Assembly: GCA_973895155.1 (NCBI GenBank)
Contig: OZ316893.1
Coordinates: 18,259,836 to 18,323,835 of the forward strand
DNA length: 64,000 nt
Source of the DNA: Marsupella aquatica
Lineage: Eukaryota; Plantae; Marchantiophyta
Reading direction: 5' to 3'
How positions within the stretch are numbered: the first letter of the stretch is position 1; each line of letters starts with the position of its first letter. The translations under genes were made by a program, and so were the position numbers. Shown here piece after piece: positions 13,401-24,652 of the stretch. The notes under the pieces were generated by a model that made no database searches, was not told the origin of the DNA, and worked only from the letters and a program-made list of their open reading frames with translations.

Positions 13401-15001
13401 GACGGCCAGGGCCGAGATACTACGGCTTAACGATGAAGTTGAAGACGTATCTCAAGAATTGGAGGATGCCAAGGATAAGATGATCGGGCTGCAGAGGCGT
13501 GCCGACAATCAAACGCAGAAATTGAAGAAGTATGCCGAAGCGGGATATGGGTCACCAACTGAAAGGCTTCCCGACAGTAGTATGGTAGGCGGAAATATAG
13601 TGAAGCCGAAGCCGAAGCCAAGCTCTCTGTTTTCAAGTGTGACTGGGGGCAAAGCCATGCAGTTGGTGGCAGATTTGGCAAAGACGTTCATGGGGCCAGG
13701 CGATAATAAAGTTAAAACCCTTAAAGCCACTCCGGAGGAAGTCGAGAGCATGGCTGCTCACATTTGTGGTACTGTGGCCCTGAAGGCAGCGGTGGTAGAG
13801 GTAAGTACTGCGGATCAACTTGGAGTTGCGGTAACAGGTTTAGACACTGGTACTGCTTCTATGGACACACAGAACGTGAAACCGTGGGTTATCGAGACCG
13901 AGCGCATCGGGGAAAAGGCTTGGATTGAGGAAGTTAAGGCAAAGGCTCTCCAAGCCGTTTCCCAGGAGGATGCGGATGCGGATGCTGATGCCGAGACCGA
14001 TGCCGGGGCCGGCAAAACAGAAGCCGAAGGGGTCAGGCCGGGGCCGATGGCAGGAGAAGGTGCAGAGTCGGAAGATTCGGACTTACCCCCGGTCATCTGA
14101 CAATTAAGGAGGGCTAGTCATCGGTTGGAAGGAGGATGTGGCGGCAGGAGAAGGGCTTGGGCCAGAAGGGCGCGGCCGTTGTAGGATGGGACAGGGCAAG
14201 TAGCGCCCTGTCGGCTTAGATAGTAGTAGATGCTCGGTTCACACAGGGTTCCGGGCTATTCAAGTTTTTAGGTGATAGTTTTTTTTTAGGATTATCGTGG
14301 TGGAAGGCCGTGTGTGGTGGTTAGGATTTCCGTTGGTTTTTTCCGTTGCAAGGATAAAAACCTGGGCAGCGTGGTTTCAGGGGCTTTTTCTTAGTCAAGG
14401 CTTTAGTGTTAATCTGTATTGTTGTAAACACAGGAAACTCTCGGCTAAATCTAGACCGCAGGGTATCAGTAAACCACCAATTCCCTTGGATTTCTAGCAA
14501 TTGTTTGAATTGAGTTGGCCTCGTTGCATAGTTTGCAGATTCTTGCCATCCAAGAAGTTGAGTGTTATGATATCTGTTGCTTGATCGATTTGAGTCAGAT
14601 AGGGTGAACTGTTGAGCAAAATACAATCGCATTGTCTTGATTGGAGACTACCCAAATCAAACTCTGAGAGAAAAGTGAGAATTGAGAGTGTTAGTCGGTG
14701 AAGTGTGGGTTGAGTCAGTCTGAAAAAGACCTTCAGCCGGCTTAAGAAATTAAGCCGTAGAGGTACATTCCGGGGGCAGAATACAAATATACTTGAAGAA
14801 GTTAAAGAGGAATTAGGTGTCTCAGTTGTGCACAATTCACAAGCCCAGTGAAAGAATCGGTTCGGTAAGTGTGGACCCAAGGAGAGTATCGCGTTTCCAA
14901 GCTGAATAGTTGCCGTAAGGAAAGAGGACCGACATAACCAAGTGGTTTATGATCGGTTGAGGGTAGTTCTCGGGGTTAGAGGTCTTGGGAATCGTGCCAC
15001 A
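10414..15001. mobile_element. 4588-bp TG...CA element with 5-bp TSD (GTTGG); solo-LTR-like, carries ORFs
   Basis: Begins TGTGATG (10414) and ends GCCACA (15001). GTTGG flanks both sides (10409-10413, 15002-15006). The uninterrupted paralogous copy near 10000 shows the empty site. No internal terminal repeat and no gag/pol motifs were seen. Confidence 0.85.
10602..14100 (+). pseudogene. Large accessory ORF (PMD-like domain, acidic linker, long coiled coil), disrupted
   Basis: ORFs 10602-11315 and 11337-12119 share a frame with one TAG between them; there is a frameshift near 12100; 12076-12951 and 12955-14100 share a frame with one TAG. Heptad-rich K/E/Q segment at 12800-13530. Confidence 0.7.
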
Positions 15002-17133
15002 GTTGGTTCCAGTCACTTTCCGCACGAGGCTCGTGTAGGCCGGACTACTCAGCTCTAGGATCATTATGACCTTTGGAAAGTGAAAGGTGTGTACTTGTAC
15101 TGAATGTCACTTTCACTGCAATGGCGCGCATGTCAACCTATGGCTCGGGTCCGTTGTGGCCACAATGATGGTGTGGTGCCGGGTCACAGGTTTTAGTATC
15201 ATACTTGTGCCATATGAGGCTTGCGTAGGATGTCATAATGAACTTATGACTTGCAAATCCCGGATCTCATCACACACCTTTATTCAAGAGGCTTGTTTCT
15301 CTCCTTCAAGTTATGCTTTGTGATGAACTTCTGGCTCAGACTCCAACATCTCTCTCCTTTTGATCAAATCTCCCTTTTCCAAATTGAGCGTTTGACAACC
15401 ATTTTGGATCCTGGTGATTTTCCTTAACTTTCATAATGGCACTTGGGAGACGATTGAGGAGTTCTTTGGCATTACATACGGAGAAGAGTTCTAGAGCATT
15501 ACAGGTAGAGAATGCGAATGAGGAGCGGTCCAACTTCTCTGTGTGCTTGGAGCCATCCGATAGTTTCAACTTTGGAGTTGCTGCAAGAACAGAAACCATT
15601 CCTCCTCTTGGCAACCAAACTGTGGTTAGTCATGACAAGACGAACAACCAGGCACCTGTTGCAGATGAGGTGGAGGAGGAACAGAAAGAGAAAGAGAAGA
15701 AGCCAACAAAGGCCGCGAAGGGGCAACAAAAGAGGATCCATCAGGAGGAATGTTGAAAGATGAGGCGTCGTTGGAAGAGGGAGCATTTGGCTGAGTATTA
15801 CGGACCTTTGAAGAAGAAACGAAGCTCCGAGAGAAGTCTGAAGGAATGGGCAAGGGAAGAATTTCTAGATAGCAATAATGCGGACTCCGACGAGTGAATG
15901 CCATCATCCTAGAATGATTGAATGAGGCATTCTGGAGTCAGCTCTCGGGAGGTGTTTTGGAGCTATTTTTTGTGCGGATGCGATCATCGCGTAGGAATTT
16001 GTTAGTTGATCGTGCATCATGTTTAGGTGTGAACAGAAAGTGCTTGCATTTTCCGCCTTAGTGTTTTCCGCTTGGGAGGCTTGGGTGTTTCTGAGCATGG
16101 GAGGTTGATTTCAGGGATGCCTACGCCGACATCAACCAGAATTTTTGTTAGGCACATATGTTTCCTATGAATATACCAAGCTTATCTTTATGTGTACAAA
16201 TGTGGAATGTTGTTTTGTTATGCAAATTGGATGTTGGTGCTCTTTCATTTGCAATCCCCTTGTTCTTTGCCCTTCTATTTCTGGAGCGACTTGGTCTTCG
16301 GCAGAGAGGAGCCTCTTTTCACACGACGCTTCTCCCTCTGCGTGTGGGATGGGAGGAGAGAGTATAGAGGAGCCTTTATTCTCATGATGCCTTCTCCTAT
16401 TGCGTGTGTTGGTGGAGGAGAGTGGCTCGCGCTCGATTGCGGATGAACGGCTTGTGCAAAGTCCTCCGTCTATCATACTCCTCCCTCACAACAAGACATG
16501 TAGAATTCCTATATGCATCATTCTAGGCATCGATAAAGCTTGCAAAACTGCTTGCTAAACTATATGCTCCTCTGGACTGTTACACTTGGTCCCGCCCACT
16601 TTTTATGATCATATGTAGTCATCTCCAGTATCTTACTCTTCATTGAAGCTTTGAGTGCACCTTTTGTTTCGTCGTGCCCCTTAGGTGTCAGGGCAACTCT
16701 TGTTGTTGAGCTTTTACTCTTTACTCTTGTGCGACTTTTTGGCCCTCTTCTTTTTGGGGCTTTTAGGGGTATGCTGTGCATGTTCTTTGTTGTGTGTGAG
16801 GCTGCTTGTTCCCCCTTGTCGTGTGGCTTTTCGTGGCTGGTCTCTATCTATTAAAAAACTCATTGGGATGAAGTTAACAACGTGTGAACCTAAGCCCCTT
16901 TTCTTATGTTATGTCTCAAAAGTTTGTACCAAATCACAACTTGAAGTTTCCAAAATTGGTGCTGAAGTATCCGGAAGAAAATTGGAATTGTTCAGAACCC
17001 TTATTTAAAATTCAAAAAGTATGTTTTCAAATTTCTAAAAAGTAACATTCAATTTTCCAAAAGTACACTATCAAAATTCCAAGTGGACTATAATACCCCA
17101 GAGTTAGTGAAAGTATTGATTTCTAAGCCTTTG

Positions 17134-17600
17134 TGTTACCGCCTTCGATCCGGATCCATTAGTACAAGTGCTCAACCCTGGCTCGCAACCTCGTACCCGT
17201 AACCTGCACCCCATGCACGCTTGGCATAACATGTTCGGCCCGGCATTGATACTTGCACACGAGACTCATACATGCATTCATACATAACAGAAATCTTGAT
17301 TTACACAAAGGAATTGAGAGGAAAGGATTTCATTCATATATGATCATACACTTACGATTGGATGACCCGACACCTCGTGAATGAACGGGCCCAAGGCCGA
17401 GGAGTATACACTACAACAGAGCCCGGCTCCGCACTCGCCCGACGAGCTTAGTTGTATACCCTCCCCTTGGCACTCCGGCACTTCACCAAGTTCGGGACTT
17501 CCCCGCGCGTACCGCGAATGGCCAACTTTTGAGTCTAAAATCCCCCCCTGTGCCTTTACCGGGGGCTGCTAAATACTAGGGGCTGAGGACCAGCCTAGCC
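17134..17600. mobile_element. LTR-like terminus (TGTTAC...) of a repeat family shared with 63371-64000
   Basis: Both copies start TGTTAC and have GATCCATT shortly after. ~17200-17510 aligns by eye with ~63680-64000 (e.g. TTTACACAAAGGAA/TTTACACGAAGGAA, TACACTACAAC, GCACTC(G/A)CCC(G/A)ACGAGCTTAGT, TCGGGACT). Confidence 0.65.
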
Positions 17601-17759
17601 TCGTGCCCGAATCTACGCTAACTTATATCCTTGCTAAGCTGGTTACGGCTTGTCCTATTAGTCTAACCTATTCTACACAGGCTGGCTAATGTTTCAGTGC
17701 CGCTATCTTCTGGTTGGCACTTGTCCTAACAGTCTGTTTTAGCTACTCCTAGTTCTATT

Positions 17760-19903
17760 ATAAGCCTAACCCTCCGCTAATGCCTGGTGCACCTGCCAGA
17801 GCCATCTGAGTGGGAGCAGCCATCCCGTTGCCTACGAAGTCTGTCGTTGTCCATCTTGAGGAGCTGGACTTGGTCTAGCAAAGATTTGTTCTCTCGCTTT
17901 GCCGCGTCCGTCTCCTCAGCTGCCTCCTAGCATGCCTTTTCCAATTGTTGGGCGTTGCTTGTCAGCTTGTCCACCATCTGGTTCAGCTTCTCGGCTTTGG
18001 TTTGAAGCCACGCTACTTCGGCCTTTAGGGTGGCAATCTCCGCAGTGTCATGCTGGTCTCGCTCGTTGGCCTCCTCTAGGTCTTTCTGCCAGATGACAGT
18101 TTGATTCTTCAAACTGTCAATCTAGGTCCGGAGCCGTGCAATCTCGGCCTCCTTCCCAGCTTTGGCCTGTTTGGCTAAGGTGGTAAGGGCGTGCACATTT
18201 GCTAACAACTCATCGGGGGCTACAAACTTGGGTCGTAGTTGCAGAAGCTCAGCCTCTTGAGTCTTGATTTTGCCCTTTAGGTACACGGACTCAACCTGGT
18301 ACCGCTCTATCCTCTGAAGGGCCTCCAACTAGGCCCGACCTGCCTTTACTGTGGTAACCAACTCCTGGTTGAAGAAGTAGGCTACCTTTCGGGCCATGAA
18401 CTCCTTGGTATCCCGGGCAATCTATTGGGAGATTTCCATTCATAAATGTGGGGTATTTACATAAGACAAGAAACAAGAAAACAAGAAACCCAAAATAGGA
18501 AACGATGACAGGAAACAAGAAACCGAATATAGAGAACTTCAGCGAAGAATGCCAAAAAGAATTCTGGTGTGAACAAAGAACTTGACATTCAAAACAAGAC
18601 ATTTAGAAGATTCGAGTCGAATGCACAAAAAATGGTCGAGAATAGCGCCAGGCGCTCATTTAATAAGCTTATGGGAACTGTATATTTAAAACCTTTTTGA
18701 CCGCATCCGTTAGCGAATAGCAAATCCATCCCAAAGAACAAAAACTTGTGTACAAGAAGACATCAAAGGACGTGCAACATCTCGGTCGGGCAAGTGAGCA
18801 CACTAGCGCCTGGCGCTAGTTCTCTCGGTTGTGGAAGAACCGTTGTTGTCCTCGATGCCAGCCTTACATGTGGCTGTGTTGGGAGTAAAACCATTCTCAC
18901 CATAAATGCCAAGGATGGCATTCTCTCCACACCTCTCCGGCAGAGGCGGGTACCGATGAACCAAATCCCACCAATTTTCACATCCGACGCCAATCCTCAA
19001 TCCACAAAGTCTTGTGATAGAAAATTAATTTACTAATATGGTAGCACCAGGCGCTTACAAAAGATCAAAATGATCCGAGGTGTCCACACCGTAAACCAAA
19101 GGATAGAAAAATTCAAAAAGCAACGCGCATCGTGCATCCTATGCCTATCGCTTGATACGACCGAGATGGTAAACTAGCATCACTTGTCAGATCTACAGAC
19201 AAGCAATGACAAAAATGGCTAAGATACGTATGGAATAATCTGTAAGAGATAGATCAATTAAGCTGTTGCCATACGCAACATCTGATTGAACTCATCAACA
19301 CATTTTGCAAACTACGCAATGTCCATACTAGCGCCGGGCGCTAGTCCGCTCATTCGTAGATGAGCCACAATCATCGTCAATTCCAGCTGCAGATCGGACT
19401 GAATCCGGAATGAAACCATGCTCTCAGGTCCTGACGTAAGAGGCAGATGGACTTCGCTCGTCACCGCTTCGAGGAAACGCGCCAGGAACGGTAGTGTTCT
19501 GGAAATCTACACGGCATAGTGAGTTGGACTATGCGGAATCTACACGGAAGTGAGTTGGACTATGGGGAGGAGGTGGCCAGTGAACAGAAAACCTTTCCGC
19601 AAACCTCCTTGGCGGAGAATCCCTCAGCCACGGGATCAGCGTTTCACCAGGACTAATCGCTTCATCTTGCGGAAGGTTGAAGCGGTTGCAGAAGGCACTC
19701 GTTTCCGACCATTCAGGCTGTTCAGTCACGGGAATCGAACTCTCTTCCGAAATGATCGTAGTGTGTCTTTGAAAGTAGGCCGCGGAGATTCTCCTTGGAT
19801 TATCCATCAGGTCAACAAAAGATCTCGAACACAATCGAAAGTGGAAAGCACTATTAAGATGATAATGGCGGATCACCATGAGAACTGATGCAATACAGGG
19901 CAT
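17760..19903 (-). pseudogene. Fragmented TE-associated gene with C-terminal coiled coil, probably spliced
   Basis: Minus-strand ORF pieces 19529-19903, 18763-18993, 18122-18328 and 17927-18112 (coiled-coil heptads), separated by AT-rich stretches containing palindrome B. No recognisable enzyme motif. Confidence 0.35.
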
Positions 19904-22900
19904 TCAAGACTTAATCGCTCAAAGTTTATAGGGATTAGGGTGTAACCTCGTGGCAACCTGAACCGCCCGCTCCATCCCGAAAGGGTGGTAGCACCCTCAA
20001 ACTCCCGTTATGGTCTAAAACGGAAACGGCCGACTCAACATCAAACGGGCATTTTCACCACGCATGACCATAAAGACAGACCAGACAAAAGATTAACGGG
20101 AAAATTTGATTGACGTCATCCAGAAAGTACGGGAGTACCAATGTACCAGCGTCATGACCGTTATACAATTATAGTAGCTGCGGGCGCTACTATTACAGAA
20201 AGTGTACTTCGAGTGGACACTCCATGGTTACAACTGACATATAATATCTTTATTGTACAATATTTATTGCATACATTTGGGTAGCGCCCGGCGCTAGCAT
20301 AGTTCCACTAAAAATACACCCAAATTAACAACAAAGATCCAAGTTAATCTGAGCACTCCAATTCACTGGATTCGGACCTGTCGGTAGATTCTACCTCGAT
20401 GTCTAAAAGTTTGCTCTTGGCCATATCATCCACAAATCGGTTTTGCATAAATTTTCTATCAGACCCCCTCCTTAATCTCAAGCCCTTATTCTCCCAGTGT
20501 TATTAAGCACACTGTCAACTTTTCTAGCAACATTTTCAGCATAGGAAGGTAAGACAAATGGTTTCTTGGGAGTTTCAATATATCGCCTAGCTACATTCCA
20601 TCTGAGTTGGAAACGTCGGCGAAGATTCCAGTCTGACCTGAGGAGGAGAATATTGGATTTGATGTCAACGGCCGAAATATTTGAAAAAAAGGAAATAAAA
20701 AATGTGGCATCAAAGAGAGAAGAAGGGAATCGACCATAATAAAAACCGGGTTAGCTTATGAGCTTACTCAGTAGTTTCTTACTCAGAAGAGTCTCCGCTG
20801 TCACTCCCTCCATTAGATTCCGGATCTTCTTCGGTTAAAGACACTCTGGGAATGTTCGGATCCTCCTCTTCTTCTTCCCCCTCTTCTACTTCATTCTCAT
20901 CTTCGGAGTCAAAATTTAATATTGATTTAAGTTTGTCTCTCTTTCGTTTTGCAAGCACAGGCTTCGGAGGGGCTTTGGACTCAGATACTTTGGGAGTTAG
21001 AAGGTCAAGAAATATTTTTGAAGCGGTTTCAACGAACTCCTTCCTATTCTTGAGCCCAATTACAAATCAACCACAATTATCACCTGCCACAAATGTACTC
21101 CCAGAACCTACAGCCCAATCCAGAACAATATCTTTAGGACACGTGATTAGTTCCAGAACAGACTGCATAAACCCTGGATGTAGTCTGGCATTCCCGGCAA
21201 ATTCAAGCTCTGGAGCTGTATCCACCTTCGCAAACGGAAGTCCGATCAGATTTGTGATAGAGGGATCCTCTGTTCTTGAAAGAGGTTTGAACTTAGGATC
21301 CTTGGGGACTTTCACCTTGGATGATACCCGACAAAATATATCCAAACGTAAAGTGAATACCTGAAAAGGGAACATGAACAAGTAAGAACCTAAGAATTGT
21401 AATAGCGTCGGGCGCTAGCAAAGAATTAAGAGTATGATTAGTAGTGTACCTAGGAAAAGAATAAAATTTCTAATCGAGAAATACATAAAATGAACAACGC
21501 ATGGCGCTAGCAAAACTTTGAAAGTGTGAAGAATAGATTTACCTGCAAATCAGACTTGGCCTTGTACATGGGGAACCCCATGACAACATTATGTGTACAC
21601 AAACATTGGAATTTCTTAGACTCTTGACATGCTGAGATGACCTGTGAAATCTGGTCATACTCCCCCGTATGGAGTATCGCAATAATTCCGTCATCCGACA
21701 AAAAGGGATCCATTGCTCGGAAAAAACACCGGGCTAGCGTACAGTCGGGAACGTTCCATTTAGGGACCTTCCTATCAAGCAAAGTTGGTTTAAGCCCAGT
21801 TGGCAAATAAATAAAACCAGTGTCAACACCAAAAGGCCTCTCTTTCCCACCCCTCACCACCCCTTTCAGTCGGCATCCCGATTTGATTAAGTCCTTCCCT
21901 CACTTTTCGGCATCATTAACCCATTCTGGCTTCTCCTCCTTGTTAAACACACTGTCCACTAATTCACTGACACTGGTCTCAATGAAACAATGACGAGATG
22001 CCTTGGATTTAAAATTCCCAACATCACGTTGGAGCCCGGTGGCCGCTAGAGAATCCCTTTTTGATTGCCCAGCATCGCGAGTCCTCTTGCTTTTCTTCTT
22101 TGTACTCGTTGCATCGACTGGTACAATTGATTTTCCAGAATTAACTGGTGTAAGTGGATCTGGCAAAGCGCCAGTATTTGCTTCTAAAGCTTCCAGGGTA
22201 ACCTTTGTATCATCAGTGGCGTCTGCATCCAACTTCTTTTGACCTGTTCACACATTGCAGAGAATGTGGGATTAGTGTCAGAAAGAAAAAACATGGATTA
22301 AGGTTGAAGTACAGGAATAGTAGCGCCAGGCGCTAGCAAAGAACTAAACTAGGTCTGAATGGAGACGTACATTTTTTCCCGGATCGCGTTGATGCACTTG
22401 GCAGTGCTGTGTCTACTTTCACTTTCCCTCTCGGCTTGTGGCTCCTGTCTACATGGACAACTACTATCTCGCAGATTGTTTGTAACTCAGTAGATGATTT
22501 GTCGACGTCGCTCAGGAGCCCTTGCTTCATCTCAGAAACTATGTTGGGAAGAATCTGCAACTTGGCTAGTTTAAGAAACCAATCCTTCTCCACTTCGTCA
22601 AATGGTGAATCCCACTTGTTTGTGTCAAGATACCAAGGGCAGTGAATTCTTTCCCACAGAGACATTTCTCGTGGTGGAAGTTTACCCTCGGCAGGATACA
22701 TCGAATATAAGTCAGCAACATGATCTCCCTCCTTTGCAACAATCCACTTGTGAAATGCGGCTGGATACGCCCAAAGCGCATTCGGGGAATGTACTTCCAT
22801 CCATATGTAAAAACGATACAAATACCTCTTGGCCCTCCTCTGATTTTTCTCTGTATATACCTCTTTATCAGGGTAGTTTGATGGCCACATGGTGTTGAAG

Positions 22901-23745
22901 AACTTTGCCTTCACAAGATCCCCATACCTTATGAACTCACTTGAAATAATTTCAATCAGACCCTCTACAGAGTCACACCTTGAATGGGCAAGCCTATCAA
23001 CTAGGAGTGTTTCAATGGCTGCAGAAATTGCAGACTGCAACATCCCAATTGCGATTCCCTCGACGGTATTCCACGTCTGCCATGTGTGACACCACTGCTT
23101 CACTAGATCATCATTCACACTAGCAGGGTGGAAGAATTGTTTTCTCAACTCTAGAGTACAGTGAGCAACAAGCAAAGTGCATCTCAATTTTGGATCGAGA
23201 GCAGAAACTGTTGTGAATAGTCTAGCACGGTCCATAGTACAAACAACCGAGTCGGGTTTTTTCTCTCGCTTGTTCTTCTTCGTCAATACGTACATCTCTG
23301 CACAAGTACCTAGAAAATCTTCAAACTCAGGACTAAGAAGAGGAGTGATTTTGGATGTTTTCGTAGACCAGTCTTTGGTGGCCTCTTTCAACATGAGTGA
23401 CTGCCGCTTTGCGACCTCATCAGCCGACCAAGGATTGCCTTGACTTGTTGCCAATGCCATGTCCATCTTGAACTGGTTAGTGTAAGCTTTGATTTTGTTT
23501 TCGCACAAAATATAAACAAGAGCTTCCAGAGGCATTTTCCGTGTGTACCAAGAATGTTTTCGAGTCTTCTGTTTGATATACTCAAACTTTGCATAATTGG
23601 CGTTGTCAATTATTGACTTATAGTACTCTAGATCGCGAGAGAGAATCCTTCGGATTCTGTCTGCGTCAAGGATCCAAGAAGGTTCAACAACGGCCTGCCC
23701 TAACCTGCAATAGGCCATGTTTGAAATTAGTAGCGCCAGGCGCTA
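18643..23745. repeat. Dispersed 15-bp palindrome TAGCGCC-N-GGCGCTA (motif B), ~10 copies
   Basis: Copies at 18643, 18804, 19042, 19329, 20175, 20282, 21403, 21495 (degenerate), 22321 and 23731. No complete copy was noticed outside this interval. Confidence 0.9.
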
Positions 23746-24652
23746 GCATAAAAAAACAGTCTCCGTAGTATTAATTTAACAGCAACGGATTGCAAAAATG
23801 TTTAATTACAAGTTTGGGCCGAATTACTTATTGGTTGACTGTGTGCATAGCCGCCTCAATCTGAATTTGCGAAGCTTTATCACCCTTGAAAATGGTGCAG
23901 AGAACTCTGGGATGATACTTGACATTGTCTAGATTTTCCTTTGTGACCATAGTCCACGAGTAAAGTCGGTGATTCCCATCAAACACTGAGAACATTTTGT
24001 CTTTCAAGATCATAAAAGCTGGATCTGCCTCGCATTCTAACTCAAATTTCTCATTCTCAGCAACCCAAATAGCATCCCAAGTCTCCCTGATCTCGTCAGT
24101 GCATATTTGCTCCACACCATCGGAATCAGTCGGTTGCACAAAAAACCGCATTCCAATCCTTGGATTGTAGCCACTACTTCGGAATGAGTCTTTCAATTTC
24201 TCAATTGACGCACTCTCCTTCTGAAGTGTCCGCACTACCTCCATATGGATCAACCGACAAAGCGGAATCCTGGGCGGTTCCTTCTCGTTTCCCCGGAAAT
24301 CTTTTCCAAATGATATTATGTGTCGCGAGATGACTTCATCCATCCCTAATCCAACCTCATTGCCCTCTCCCAACGCATAATCGGTCATGCTATCTGTGTC
24401 CATTCGGACCCTTCTGGACTTCTGGAGTTGTAGTGTTGCGTTGAAGGAAGTGATTGCTCTGCTCGACATTATAACTCGACGCGAGTAAAATGCCCCAGAG
24501 AACGAAGATTGTGTAGACTCGCAATGACCGAGATCTTCCTCTGGAACTGTGGTATACCCTCTTGGAGAGCTTGGGGCGCTTGAAGGTTGCATTGTGGAGC
24601 ATGTCAATACGTGAAGGTCTCTGTACGACACAGAGCCAGTCTCTACCCTCAC
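20780..24652 (-). pseudogene. Intron-containing ParB/Srx-like domain + beta-class N4C/N6A DNA methyltransferase-like gene, pseudogenised
   Basis: Exons 24652(?)-23832, 23704-22371, 22243-21543 and 21360-~20780 join in frame. The N-terminus has IEKLKDSFRSSGY...FSVFDGNHRLYSW (ParB-like). The C-terminus has VDTGFIYLPTG, FLSDDGIIAILH, LHPGFMQSVLELITCPKDIVLDWAVGSGSTFVAGDNCG*FVIGLKNRKEFVETA, matching the beta-class order of catalytic loop first, then DxVLDPFxGSGTT..GR.FIG.E. Lesions: TGA stops at 21900 and 21067, and a first donor reading ATAAGT. Confidence 0.72.

Larger units (their letters stand above)
9955..15285. repeat. ~400-bp tandem duplication; second copy split by the 10414-15001 insertion
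   Basis: Copy 1 is ~9955-10357. Copy 2 is 10358-10413 and resumes at 15007 (TTCCAGTCACTTTCCGCACGAGGCTCGTGTAGGCCGG) to ~15285. Each copy carries two palindrome-A sites. Confidence 0.9.

Noticed and set aside
15336-17008. Overlapping short ORFs on both strands
   Set aside because: No domain motif or consistent exon chain could be established.
19941-20232. TGTAACC...GGTTACA as a 292-bp solo LTR
   Set aside because: The flanks TAGGG and ACTGA do not form a TSD.
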